This document shows positions 1 through 9,348 of a stretch of DNA of 64,000 nt, one piece after another. Under the pieces are notes generated by a model. The model worked only from the letters and a program-made list of their open reading frames with translations, had not been told where the DNA came from and did not search any database. Numbering within the stretch: position 1 is the first letter of the stretch; every line of letters starts with the position of its first letter. A program made the position numbers and the translations under genes. The DNA lies in contig CBDAOB010000004.1 of the NCBI GenBank assembly GCA_965197905.1, forward strand, positions 1,664,001 to 1,728,000. The letters are read 5' to 3'. The DNA comes from Candidatus Latescibacterota bacterium (GTDB lineage: Bacteria; Latescibacterota; UBA2968; UBA8231).

Positions 1-228
1 TGGTGGTTTCAAAGGGCTTTTGCCGTGCCGTGAAATCCTCTCCGAAGCGTCCGATCCAGATCATCACCTCTTCGGCCTCTGCTTTTACCCGCGCGAACTG
101 CAGTGGGACCTCACCGGGCGGCGCGATTAGTCTTGACCTGAGCTGTTTTTTTCCGTCGGGATGACCGCGGATTTCGGCCTTGCTCGGATTTGCGCATATT
201 TGTGGAACGGGCTGTCGCCCGCACATCT

Positions 229-2067
229 ATGCGCCCAGATTCGAACACCATCCCAGAATCACTTCAACTCAAACTTACCGCGTTGCCGCAAGAGCCCGGA
301 GTCTACTTCCTCAAGAACGCCCAGGGCAAGGTGGTCTATATCGGCAAAGCCAAGAGTCTGCGTGCCCGGGTCCGGACCTACTTCCAGGACGGCTACAACG
401 ATGGGCGCCCCCAGTACGCGGCTATGGTCAACAGTGTCGCGGACATCGACTTCCTGGTTACCCGCACCGAGCAGGAGGCTCTGGTCCTCGAAGCGACGCA
501 GATCAGAGAGTTCAAACCGCGCTACAACATCAATCTCAAAGACGACAAGAAATACCCGGTCCTACGCATCACCAAAGAGACCTACCCGCGGGTGGTCGTA
601 ACCCGCGATATCGTCGAGGACGGCTCCCGCTACCTGGGCCCGTTCAGCAACGTCGGCGCCATGCGCACGGCCCTGGATCTCATGCACAAGATCTTCCCGG
701 TTCGGTCCTGCAAATACGATCTGCCCCAGAAAGGGGTCACACTGTGTATGGACTATCACATCAAACGATGTGAGGGCCCTTGCGAAGAATTGGTGAGCAT
801 AGCCGAGTACAGAGCGACGGTCAATCGTGCGGTGCGTTTTCTGAAAGGTCACAACTCAGAGGTCATCCAGGAGCTGGAAGAGCGGATGGCGGAGGCCGCC
901 GAGAAACTCAATTACGAGCGCGCTGCCCGCTGCCGCGACCAGATCAGCGCGCTGGAAACCGTCCGCAACCGACAAAAGGTGATAACCGCCGAGCTGATTG
1001 ACCGCGACGTGGTGGGCCTCTCGCGCCAAGATGACGAGGCGTGCTGCTGCGTGTTGGAGATTCGGGAAGGTCGGCTGCTCGGGCAGAAACTCCACATTCT
1101 TGGAGGAGTTATGAATGCGCCCGACAGTGAGGTGCTCTCTGCTTTTCTGCGCCAATTCTATCTTCATACCGAATCCGTCCCGCACGAGATTCACCTCCCG
1201 TCGGAGCTGGCAGACTTCGAAGAGGTGTCCAGCTGGCTTTCCGCCAAGAGCTCCCGCAAGCTCAAGATTACCTCCCCGCGGCGGGGTGATAAGCTGAAAC
1301 CGCTGGAGATCGCCACGCGCAACGCCGAGCAAGCGTTGATGGAACGGCAACTGAAACGGGACCAGCGCCGCGGCAATCTGCCCCAGTCGCTGCACGCATT
1401 GCAGCGAGATTTGGGCCTGGTAGTTCCACCGCGGCGGATTGAAGCGGTGGACATCTCCAATTTCCAGGGCAGTGAAAGCGTCGGATCCCTGGTGGTTTTT
1501 GTCGACGGAAAATCCCGTCGTAGCGACTATCGGATGTTCAAGATCAAAACCGTGGAAGGAGCGGACGATTTTGCCAGCATCCACGAGGTGGTGACGCGCC
1601 GCTTTCGCCGGCTGCGGGATTCCGATCTGCCCCTGCCTGACCTTTTGTTGATCGATGGCGGCAAAGGCCAGCTATCCAGCGCCGTGGCGGCGTTGCGAGA
1701 CGTCGGGGCGGCGGCGCAGGCCGTCATCGGCTTGGCCAAACGGCTGGACGAGATCATCATGCCCGGGGCAACCGAGACTCTCTACCTGCCGCGCAACTCC
1801 GCCAGCTTACGGCTGCTGCAGACCTTGCGAGACGAAGCCCATCGATTTGCCTTGACCAGGCATCGACAGCTGCGCCGCAAACGAACCCTCACGTCGGCCC
1901 TGGATGGCATTCCCGGTGTCGGCGAAAAACGCAAAGAAGCACTGTTGCGCCAGCTGGGTTCAGTGAAGCGGATCCGCGAAGCCTCGGTGGAGGAATTGGC
2001 CGCCGTGCCCTCGATCAGCGACACTCTGGCTGAGGTTATCGCCCACCATCTTTCAGCAGTTGATTGA
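229..2067 (+). CDS. uvrC: Excinuclease ABC subunit C
   Basis: GIY-YIG N-terminus (PGVY...YIGKAKSLRARV), UVR domain, RIEAVDISN, DLLLIDGGKGQL, RDEAHRFA and C-terminal HhH. ATG at 229 preferred over the ORF-track TTG at 190. Confidence 0.97.
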   Translation: MRPDSNTIPESLQLKLTALPQEPGVYFLKNAQGKVVYIGKAKSLRARVRTYFQDGYNDGRPQYAAMVNSVADIDFLVTRTEQEALVLEATQIREFKPRYNINLKDDKKYPVLRITKETYPRVVVTRDIVEDGSRYLGPFSNVGAMRTALDLMHKIFPVRSCKYDLPQKGVTLCMDYHIKRCEGPCEELVSIAEYRATVNRAVRFLKGHNSEVIQELEERMAEAAEKLNYERAARCRDQISALETVRNRQKVITAELIDRDVVGLSRQDDEACCCVLEIREGRLLGQKLHILGGVMNAPDSEVLSAFLRQFYLHTESVPHEIHLPSELADFEEVSSWLSAKSSRKLKITSPRRGDKLKPLEIATRNAEQALMERQLKRDQRRGNLPQSLHALQRDLGLVVPPRRIEAVDISNFQGSESVGSLVVFVDGKSRRSDYRMFKIKTVEGADDFASIHEVVTRRFRRLRDSDLPLPDLLLIDGGKGQLSSAVAALRDVGAAAQAVIGLAKRLDEIIMPGATETLYLPRNSASLRLLQTLRDEAHRFALTRHRQLRRKRTLTSALDGIPGVGEKRKEALLRQLGSVKRIREASVEELAAVPSISDTLAEVIAHHLSAVD

Positions 2068-2285
2068 GTTTGCTCTGAGCCCCCCGCGTTGACGATTGGG
2101 TCATCGTGGGGAAGTGACGTCACTTTGGGCCAAGTCCGGGCACGATATTTCCCACCGACATTTGCCAACGCCGCTGGCGGCACTCCAAGCATTGGCCCGG
2201 AAAAATGATGTAAACTGGGGTTTTCCAACGACATGAACGATGGCTGGGGGGTTGGCACCTGTCCACAGACAGCTACAACATGTTC

Positions 2286-2300
2286 TGGCACTGATTTTGC
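2286..2300 (+). promoter_or_regulatory. Sigma54 (-24/-12) promoter
   Basis: TGGCAC-TGATT-TTGC is an exact match to TGGCAC-N5-TTGC, ending 56 bp before ATG 2357. Confidence 0.75.
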
Positions 2301-2356
2301 AGCTACCAGATGTAGGGTTGCTTCCCCTTTGCGCCCGACATCGAGGAGGTCTCCTC

Positions 2357-2578
2357 ATGACCACGGTGCCAGTCGTCGCGGATACAGGGTCCGCTCGGGA
2401 CCAGATGCTTTTTGGCGACCTGCTGCAGAGCATCGGCTACGCCGAATCGTGGAGAGAGTTGGATGGGTGGTTGGCACGCGCCGCGCTCGCGGCCCAGGCG
2501 GGGGTGTTGAGCCTTCGTCAGCTGGAGGTTTTGGTGGAACGGGCAACCGAAGTCAGTCGCACGATCCCGGAGAACTGA
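2357..2578 (+). CDS. Small helical hypothetical protein (73 aa)
   Basis: Strong SD GAGGAGG before ATG 2357 and a sigma54 motif upstream. No recognisable family. Confidence 0.65.
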   Translation: MTTVPVVADTGSARDQMLFGDLLQSIGYAESWRELDGWLARAALAAQAGVLSLRQLEVLVERATEVSRTIPEN

Positions 2579-2626
2579 GATGCCTGGGTGCGCAGATCGA
2601 GCGCCAAGGGGGAACCCGGACCCCCC

Positions 2627-3292
2627 CTAGTCGAATTGCTTGCGGAAATCGCCGAACTCGCGCCGAATGTCCTCCAGTTCGTCCTTCAGTGAGGCCACCT
2701 CCGACTCGAGCTGGGCGATCCGCTCGTTCTCTGCCCGTACCTCCAGTGTGGCCGCTTCCGCGCTCGCCTCTGCTGTGGGTTCCGAGAGCTCCGGCTCGCC
2801 GGCCAACAGGTGTGCGTAGCGGGACTCCTTACGGCCCGGAAGCCGGGGCAATATCCGCACAAACGGTCCGCTTTCCCGGTCCTCCAGCTGTCGCAACGTC
2901 TGCTCTACCTGCTCGAGGTCAGTAAACTCGAACATCCGCTGACTGCGACCCCGAACCTCTCCCAGGGTTTGCGGACCCCGCAGCATCAAAATGGCCAGAG
3001 CTACTAGCGGCCCGTCGGCGAGGCCGAAGGTTTCGCGACACAGATGGTAATACTTGGGCACCCGCATCTCCGCACCGCTGAGCTGGCGCACCAACCCTTT
3101 GTCACGCAGTCCGTCTAACGCCCGCACGACGGTTTTCTCTTCGAACGAAACCACGGGGTTGCGGTTGGACTTCTGGTTGCAGGCCGTGGTCAAGCTGTTG
3201 AGTGTTAGCGGATAATATTCCGGGGTGGTTTTTTCCTTCTCCACCAGCACGCCCAGCACCCGCACTTCAACATCGTCGAGAACGGTGTCCAT
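2627..3292 (-). CDS. YceH/DUF480 (UPF0502) family protein
   Basis: RVLGVLVEKEKTTPEYYPLTLNSLTTACNQKSNR, LMLRGPQT, RYAHLL. Start at ATG 3292. Confidence 0.92.
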   Translation of the reverse strand: MDTVLDDVEVRVLGVLVEKEKTTPEYYPLTLNSLTTACNQKSNRNPVVSFEEKTVVRALDGLRDKGLVRQLSGAEMRVPKYYHLCRETFGLADGPLVALAILMLRGPQTLGEVRGRSQRMFEFTDLEQVEQTLRQLEDRESGPFVRILPRLPGRKESRYAHLLAGEPELSEPTAEASAEAATLEVRAENERIAQLESEVASLKDELEDIRREFGDFRKQFD

Positions 3293-3303
3293 CGTCCACT
3301 CCC

Positions 3304-4467
3304 TTAGATCCCGCGTTCCATGATGCGGCGATATACCTCCACCGCGTTCTCCACCTGTGCGCACTCGACCCACTCCACCGCGGCGTGCGCCTGGTCGATG
3401 CTTCCGGGTCCCAAAATGATGGTCGCCATTCTCTTGTCCGAAAAGGCGCTGCCGTCCGTAGCGAACGGCACGCCCCCGGTCTTGCCAGACCCCAACGCCG
3501 AGCGGCAGGCTCCCAACGCCGTCTCTACGATGGGGGCATCTTCGGCGGTACCGACCGGGCCGCAACTGAAAAAGGGCGGGGCCACCGTCGCTTCCAGCTC
3601 TGGGTCTTCGGCGGCGGCGCGGTTGACGATCGCCTGAAACTCGGCCAGCGTTGAGGCTGACGAGTCGCCGGGAATGGTGCGGCAATCGATGGCGACGCGA
3701 CATTGATCGGGGACGAAGTTGACCTGGGACCCTCCTTCGATGGTGCCCACGCTGTAGGTCGGGGATCCGATCAGGGGGTGTTCGCGCTGTTGGTAGGATG
3801 CCTTTATTGCTGTTTCTATCTGGATCAACAATCGAGCCATTTTCGAGATGGCGTTGATACCCAGGTACGGCTTGGAGCTGTGGGCTGCCCGGCCTTGGAC
3901 CGTCAGGTGAAAGCGGACTACCCCCTTGTGGGCACAGATCACTTCCAGGTCGGTCGGCTCCGCCACCACCATCGCTTCCGGCGAGAGGTCAGCGGCCAGG
4001 GCTTGGGAGCCGCGCATCAAATACTCCTCATCTACCGCCCCAGCGTAGACAATGGAAAGGGGCGGTTTGATGTTGGCCTCTCTCAGTTGTTTCATCGCCA
4101 GCATCATCGCGACACCGCCAGCTTTGGTGTCGCACGAGCCGCGCCCGTAGAGCAAACCTTCGCGAACGTGTGGTTCGAGGGGAGGAATCGTCATGATCTC
4201 GGTAGAGGCGGTGTCCATGTGACACTCGAACAGCAGTGTCCGGTTCGGGTCTTGACCTTCGAAAGTCGCCAGGATGTTGGAGCGTCCCTCCAAGACCTCC
4301 CTCCGTTCGCAGGGAATCTCCAGCGCCGTGAAGAATCGCTCGATGTAGTCGACCATGGCTCCTTCTCCATGACCGCCGCCGGGTAACGCCGGATTGACGC
4401 TGTCGATCGCTACCACATCCTGCAACATAGCCAGCACTTCGCTCGTGCTGCGCACCCATTCCGCCAT
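3304..4467 (-). CDS. M20 family metallo-amidohydrolase (ArgE/DapE-like)
   Basis: HMDT, GRGSCDTKAG, DEE, EPT, AAHSS, GPGSIDQAH zinc-ligand motifs. Confidence 0.92.
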   Translation of the reverse strand: MAEWVRSTSEVLAMLQDVVAIDSVNPALPGGGHGEGAMVDYIERFFTALEIPCERREVLEGRSNILATFEGQDPNRTLLFECHMDTASTEIMTIPPLEPHVREGLLYGRGSCDTKAGGVAMMLAMKQLREANIKPPLSIVYAGAVDEEYLMRGSQALAADLSPEAMVVAEPTDLEVICAHKGVVRFHLTVQGRAAHSSKPYLGINAISKMARLLIQIETAIKASYQQREHPLIGSPTYSVGTIEGGSQVNFVPDQCRVAIDCRTIPGDSSASTLAEFQAIVNRAAAEDPELEATVAPPFFSCGPVGTAEDAPIVETALGACRSALGSGKTGGVPFATDGSAFSDKRMATIILGPGSIDQAHAAVEWVECAQVENAVEVYRRIMERGI

Positions 4468-4470
4468 CAG

Positions 4471-5097
4471 CTACCCACTCTTTTCACCTCGTGTGAGATC
4501 GAAATCGAAGAACCGATTGACCCCCTCGCAGGCGGTGATTCCGGCATAAAGGATTTCGGGGAGCGCCGCCACACGGCAGCTGAATTCCTGGTTGTCCACG
4601 GACAAGTTTAGTTGGTGACCGACCCGGTGCACGTGCAGGTGGTGTTTCACCATTGGCGCCAGGGGAAAACGCCAGTAGGCCGTCAGCGCCCAATGTGGGC
4701 CTTGGTCCGAGAAACCGTGCATCCACACGTTGACGCCCTCGTCGAACAGAACGACCTCACAGTGGTCCCGATACTCGCGGAAGCTACCTACGGTTGCGGG
4801 CTCGGCGGCCAGCACGATCAACGGAGCCATGCGATGGTCGAAGGACATCCGTGCAACGGCATGGAATTCTCCCGTCAGCGGCCGGCGATATACCATGCTT
4901 GCATACGTCTCACCGGCGCCGGGCCCTCCTTCGATCATCTCCTCCAGGCTCCAGCGGTCGGGAACGCGATTTCGCAGGTGGTCGTGCTCCTGAACCCACT
5001 CGCCTTCGCCGTCCCAACGCGGGGACCGCACCAGCCACCACTCCGCCGAGTCCCAAGCCCCCTCGGCGAAACGACAGCCGAAGATAGGTGTATTCAT
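4471..5097 (-). CDS. Hypothetical beta-rich protein (possibly ConA/lectin-like fold)
   Basis: 208-aa ORF tightly packed between the carbamoylase and M20 genes. Rich in aromatic and beta-strand residues. Confidence 0.7.
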   Translation of the reverse strand: MNTPIFGCRFAEGAWDSAEWWLVRSPRWDGEGEWVQEHDHLRNRVPDRWSLEEMIEGGPGAGETYASMVYRRPLTGEFHAVARMSFDHRMAPLIVLAAEPATVGSFREYRDHCEVVLFDEGVNVWMHGFSDQGPHWALTAYWRFPLAPMVKHHLHVHRVGHQLNLSVDNQEFSCRVAALPEILYAGITACEGVNRFFDFDLTRGEKSG

Positions 5098-6035
5098 TCC
5101 GGAGGTAGAACGATACCTGCCTGCTGCGTGATCAGACCGTAGTCTTCAATGCGTCGGTTTTTTTCGAACTCCAACGACTCTCGGCGATATTCTACCACGC
5201 GGTCCAGGTCGCAGCGAGCCACTACCAACTCATCCTCGAGAGTGGTGGCCATGGCAACCACCTCGCCCGATGGCGCGATAATGCAGCTCTGGCCAATCTG
5301 GGCGATACCTTCCTCGACCCCGGCCTTGGCGACTCCCACTACCCAGCTGGCGTTCTGAAGCGCGCCCGCTTGCATACATAGCATGTTGTGAAAGTTGGCG
5401 TTCATAGTGCCCGGTTTTGACGGGGAATTGTCGACCGGTGTATTGTAACCGAGCAGAATGACCTCGGCTCCCTGTAAAGCCAGCATCCGGTAACTCTCGG
5501 GCCAGCGCCGGTCGTAACAGATACACATGCCGACGATGCCGCCAAAAACCCGCCATACCCGAAAACCGAGATTGCCCGGATCGAAGTAACGTTTCTCCAG
5601 GTTCTGGAATGGGTCGTCCGGTTGTTCGGCAGTAAACCCGGGCAGGTGGATCTTGCGATACTTGCCGACGATGGTTCCGCTCTTGTCCACCAGGATGCAA
5701 CTGTTGTAATGGCGCCTTTGTCCCCCCTCATCGGCCAGCTCGGCAAACCCCAGGTGAAACCCGATGCCCAGGTTTCGCGCTTCGTCGAACAGCGGTTGGG
5801 TGGCGGGACTGGGCATCTCGCGTTCGAAGTAAGCGTCGATCTCGGCTTGATCTTCCATGTACCAATGCGGAAAGAAAGGTACCAGCGCGACCTCGGTGAA
5901 CACCACCAAATCACAGCCCTGCTCGCGGGCCTGTCGCATCATGGCGATAAGCCGCTCAACTACCTGCTGGCGGGATTGAGCCGCTTGAACCGGACCCGAT
6001 TGGGCGGCCCCGATGGTTAGCACGCGGGCCATCAC
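5094..6035 (-). CDS. N-carbamoyl-D-amino acid amidohydrolase-like (nitrilase superfamily)
   Basis: Glu-Lys-Cys triad in VFTEVAL, YRKIHLPG and ICYDRRWPE; LEKRYF and LGYNTP. Confidence 0.9.
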   Translation of the reverse strand: MMARVLTIGAAQSGPVQAAQSRQQVVERLIAMMRQAREQGCDLVVFTEVALVPFFPHWYMEDQAEIDAYFEREMPSPATQPLFDEARNLGIGFHLGFAELADEGGQRRHYNSCILVDKSGTIVGKYRKIHLPGFTAEQPDDPFQNLEKRYFDPGNLGFRVWRVFGGIVGMCICYDRRWPESYRMLALQGAEVILLGYNTPVDNSPSKPGTMNANFHNMLCMQAGALQNASWVVGVAKAGVEEGIAQIGQSCIIAPSGEVVAMATTLEDELVVARCDLDRVVEYRRESLEFEKNRRIEDYGLITQQAGIVLPPE

Positions 6036-6656
6036 TCAGACCTCTGCGGTTAGTTCGTGAACGCTACACATCAGGTGGTCAATGGACGTTTGGTCAGGTT
6101 CACCCTCGAGGAGAAATCTTCGATCCGCCTGTTGCAGCGGCGCGACGCGTGCGGCCAACATCCCATCCAGCTGCTCGGGACGCTCCAGCGGGGCGGGTAA
6201 ACTCGGATGAGGGAGCACGCCATGCTCCCGAACCCATCGGCGCGCGGTCCAGAACCAGGTGGCGCGGTCGGCGTGCATGTAGATGATGGTCGCGGCCGCC
6301 TGCACCGCCTGTAGGGTCGATCCCTCGAGCAATGCTTGATCAGAGAAGATGAGAAGATGGGGGGGAGAAGGAGCCAGGCTCTGGAGCACCAACCTGGACT
6401 CGCGGCATCGTAGCGCCGCTAAGCCATGTTTTTCCACCAGGTTGGAAAGCGAAGTCCCCGCCTCGTGCTCGACCCACCGATCCACATCGATGAGGGAAAG
6501 GCCGGTCATCGCCGCCAGCTCGTACGCCAGCGTCCGAAACGGCAGGCCAGGATATCCGGTGATGGCCAGGGGTCGACGCAGCTGAATGGTTGGCTGGTAG
6601 GTGTAGTAGTCGTTAGCGGGAGCTTGCATCTTGCCTTGGGAGCATTTTGGGAGCAC
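6036..6656 (-). CDS. Shikimate kinase-like protein with degenerate P-loop
   Basis: IDVDRWVEHEAG and GLAALRCRES resemble shikimate kinase, but the Walker A position reads GYPGLPFRT. Confidence 0.65.
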   Translation of the reverse strand: MLPKCSQGKMQAPANDYYTYQPTIQLRRPLAITGYPGLPFRTLAYELAAMTGLSLIDVDRWVEHEAGTSLSNLVEKHGLAALRCRESRLVLQSLAPSPPHLLIFSDQALLEGSTLQAVQAAATIIYMHADRATWFWTARRWVREHGVLPHPSLPAPLERPEQLDGMLAARVAPLQQADRRFLLEGEPDQTSIDHLMCSVHELTAEV

Positions 6657-6786
6657 GATTGTTGGCCCCCGTCACGTCGGGTGGACGGGCGCGAATCTGT
6701 AGCCGTGTCGTGGCCGCGCCGTCGCTTTCGGAACCACGGTTAGTATCGCGGAAATTCGGTTTTGGTGCAACCTGAGATTTGCCCAC

Positions 6787-7071
6787 TCAAGGATCCAGCT
6801 GCAGCCATACCAGGGTGGCGCCCCAACCACCACCGTCGGCGCCAGCCAGACGAAAGGAATCAACGTATGCAAGGCGTCCCAGCACAGCGTGGACCCGCCG
6901 TCGTAAGGTTCCGGTGCCCTTGCCGTGTATGATGCGAGCCTGGTAAATGCCGCGCTCGCGGCAGGCATCCAGATAATCTGGAACCAAGGTCCCCACATCT
7001 TGCGGTCTAAAGGTGTGCAAGTCGAGGGTGCCATCGATGGGCGTTTCGATCGGATCTTCTTCAGGCTCCAT
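6787..7071 (-). CDS. Smr domain protein
   Basis: LDLH, IIHGKGTG and GGWGAT motifs. Confidence 0.92.
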   Translation of the reverse strand: MEPEEDPIETPIDGTLDLHTFRPQDVGTLVPDYLDACRERGIYQARIIHGKGTGTLRRRVHAVLGRLAYVDSFRLAGADGGGWGATLVWLQLDP

Positions 7072-7153
7072 AGTGACGCCAGGGGCGAGGGCCGGCTTGG
7101 CTCGAGACCCTAAATCCGCTACACTTCCCCGACCCCAATCGAGGTTTTAGTCG

Positions 7154-8176
7154 ATGGCTTCCAAAATACGCCTGGGGGTGATCGGCGCCGGCTGGTTTGC
7201 CTCGCGCCGCCACTGCCCCGACATCGTGGACCATGCGGATGCCGAACTCACGGCCCTTTGCCGGCGGGACCCGGAAGAGTTGCGAGCCATGGCCAACGCC
7301 TTCGGCGATCCGGCCTGTTTTACGGACTACCGCGACCTGCTGAACAGCGACCTGGTGGATGCTGTCGTCATCTGCTCACCGCATCACCTGCATTTCGAAC
7401 ACGCCAGGGCGGCGTTGCGACGAGATCTCCCCGTCCTGTTGGAAAAACCGATCACCATCGAGCCTGAGGAGGGGCTTGCCTTGACCCGCCTTGCCCGGGA
7501 GCGCCAACTGCCGTTGGTCGTGGCGCAGAACCCGCCCTACTGGAGCCACTGCCACTTCCTGCGCGAGCAGTTTCGCAGCGGTTACCTGGGGGAACTGGAG
7601 TCGGCATCTATGAGCTTCCTCAGCAACTCCCAGGGCGTCTTCGGCGCCGAGCCGCTTGCTGTCGATATCCCTGGCGTGGTCAAACCTACGCTTTTTCGCA
7701 GTGAGCCGCAGCAGAGCGGCGGTGGCAGTCTCATCGATGGCGGCACCCACTATCTGTGTGAACTGTTGTGGTGCACCGATCTTCGCGTCTGCGAGGTCAC
7801 GGCCCAAACCAACAGCACGCGGTTGGAATCGCGGACCTCGATGACCCTGACGCTAGAAAACGGCGCCATGGCCACCTTCCTTTTCGTCAGCGACAGTCGC
7901 ATTCATGCCAAACGCCAACATGGTCAGTATTACGGTTCCCAGGCAACCGCATTGGTACGCGGGGTCCCGTTCGCCGTGACGCTGATCGCCGGCAACACCT
8001 CAACTACCGTGCGCGAAGCGGATCTGCCTCCCGCCCCGACTCCGGTGGGGGACCTGATAGCCGCCGTGAAGAACCAAGATGCCCCCGCCATGGACAGCGA
8101 GATGGCCGTGCATGTGGTCGAAATCGTGCAGGCGGCCTACCGCTCTGCCCGCGACGGACGTCGGGTCCGACTCTAA
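7154..8176 (+). CDS. Gfo/Idh/MocA oxidoreductase
   Basis: GVIGAG Rossmann motif, EKP, GGGSLIDGGTH. Confidence 0.92.
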   Translation: MASKIRLGVIGAGWFASRRHCPDIVDHADAELTALCRRDPEELRAMANAFGDPACFTDYRDLLNSDLVDAVVICSPHHLHFEHARAALRRDLPVLLEKPITIEPEEGLALTRLARERQLPLVVAQNPPYWSHCHFLREQFRSGYLGELESASMSFLSNSQGVFGAEPLAVDIPGVVKPTLFRSEPQQSGGGSLIDGGTHYLCELLWCTDLRVCEVTAQTNSTRLESRTSMTLTLENGAMATFLFVSDSRIHAKRQHGQYYGSQATALVRGVPFAVTLIAGNTSTTVREADLPPAPTPVGDLIAAVKNQDAPAMDSEMAVHVVEIVQAAYRSARDGRRVRL

Positions 8177-8757
8177 TAGAATTCCTCGCGGTTGTGTCCG
8201 GCCGCGGCGAGCGGACGCCGCTTGCTCGCAGCACCCGCCAACTCTGCATCCACACTTCTCAGCAGGCCGTTGATCTCGACGATGAGCTCGTTGGCTGCCG
8301 TTAACATTTGTTCGGCCTCGTCGTAGAGCGCCTCATCACCCGCGGCAAAGCCGCGCACAACCAGTGAATATGCGGCGATACGTAGATCGATCAGATCTCC
8401 GATCAGTCGATGCAGGTTCGACAGATGGCGTGGGGGGCTTATGTGCTCATATGTCTCTCGAGTTGCCTCCAAAGCCGGAAGCACGCGTTCGTAGACGGCG
8501 GCGAGGTTGGCGGCGGTTGCCGCTCCCGACGCGCCCACGGCCGTCTCCTGTACGTCCGCTTCGATTTCGCTGACGGATTCGATGATCGGGTTCAACGCTG
8601 CGCGATAGCGGCCGACGTCGTCTAGGGAGCCGAAACGCGTGCGCGGGTCATCGTCGGCGCACGCTATCAACAGCAGCAACGGCAGCCACCCGCATAAAAA
8701 AACCGGCTTCGAATCCGAAGCCGGCAACCCACTCTGAGTCTGGACGGTGTGCCTCAA
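8173..8757 (-). CDS. Putative helical lipoprotein
   Basis: LLLLIAC lipobox followed by amphipathic helices. Overlaps the upstream stop codon. Confidence 0.65.
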   Translation of the reverse strand: MRHTVQTQSGLPASDSKPVFLCGWLPLLLLIACADDDPRTRFGSLDDVGRYRAALNPIIESVSEIEADVQETAVGASGAATAANLAAVYERVLPALEATRETYEHISPPRHLSNLHRLIGDLIDLRIAAYSLVVRGFAAGDEALYDEAEQMLTAANELIVEINGLLRSVDAELAGAASKRRPLAAAGHNREEFY

Positions 8758-9245
8758 CGACGTCCTTCCTTTTCAAACGCCAGTCGATTCGACATCTCCT
8801 CCACCACCTCTTCGATGTAGGTTTTTCCTACCTGCCAGTCGCCGAAAACAAACTTGAAGCTCAACCCCTGGTTGCTGGCAGAGTGATCTAGCTCATCCAT
8901 CTTCGACACGGCCCCGGCGCGATCGGAATCGAAGAGAATGACAATCTCGTCACCGGAGTACCAGCGGGCGACGATGTCGCTACGACGGAACGGAACGGAG
9001 AAGGTCAATTTGACGCGGCGATCTGCCTCGGAGTAGCCGTACTCCTCGTTGAGCACGTGAATCTGGTCCAGATCGATAAAGGCGAGAATCCGCACTCCGC
9101 GGGGCATGATCTGACAAAACTGGAGAAAGGCTTCCCGCGTCCACATGCCGAAGGCGGTGTCCCAGCGCAGGTGTTCGATTTGCTCCTCGAGCGCTTCGAT
9201 CTTTTGCTGAAATCCGAATATCTTGCCGACGAGCTGCTTGACCAC
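8754..9245 (-). CDS. Stand-alone divergent GGDEF-domain protein
   Basis: N-terminal coiled coil, FIDLD..LNEEYG, RRSD and ARWYSGDEI. Confidence 0.75.
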   Translation of the reverse strand: MVKQLVGKIFGFQQKIEALEEQIEHLRWDTAFGMWTREAFLQFCQIMPRGVRILAFIDLDQIHVLNEEYGYSEADRRVKLTFSVPFRRSDIVARWYSGDEIVILFDSDRAGAVSKMDELDHSASNQGLSFKFVFGDWQVGKTYIEEVVEEMSNRLAFEKEGRR

Positions 9246-9348
9246 GGTGATTCAGACAGTTGGAGTGGTGGATGTAGGACGACGAAACGTCCAAATATAT
9301 TGCAGGTGATTGCCAAAGGCGAGCCCCGTGAAAAAGGTCATGTCCACC

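Noticed and set aside
1..68. Possible minus-strand gene start running off the left edge
   Set aside because: Only about 20 codons are visible and no family can be supported.
9301..9317. Sigma54-like TTGGCAATCACCTGC upstream of the GGDEF-like gene
   Set aside because: GG-to-GC spacing is 9 nt instead of the required 10.
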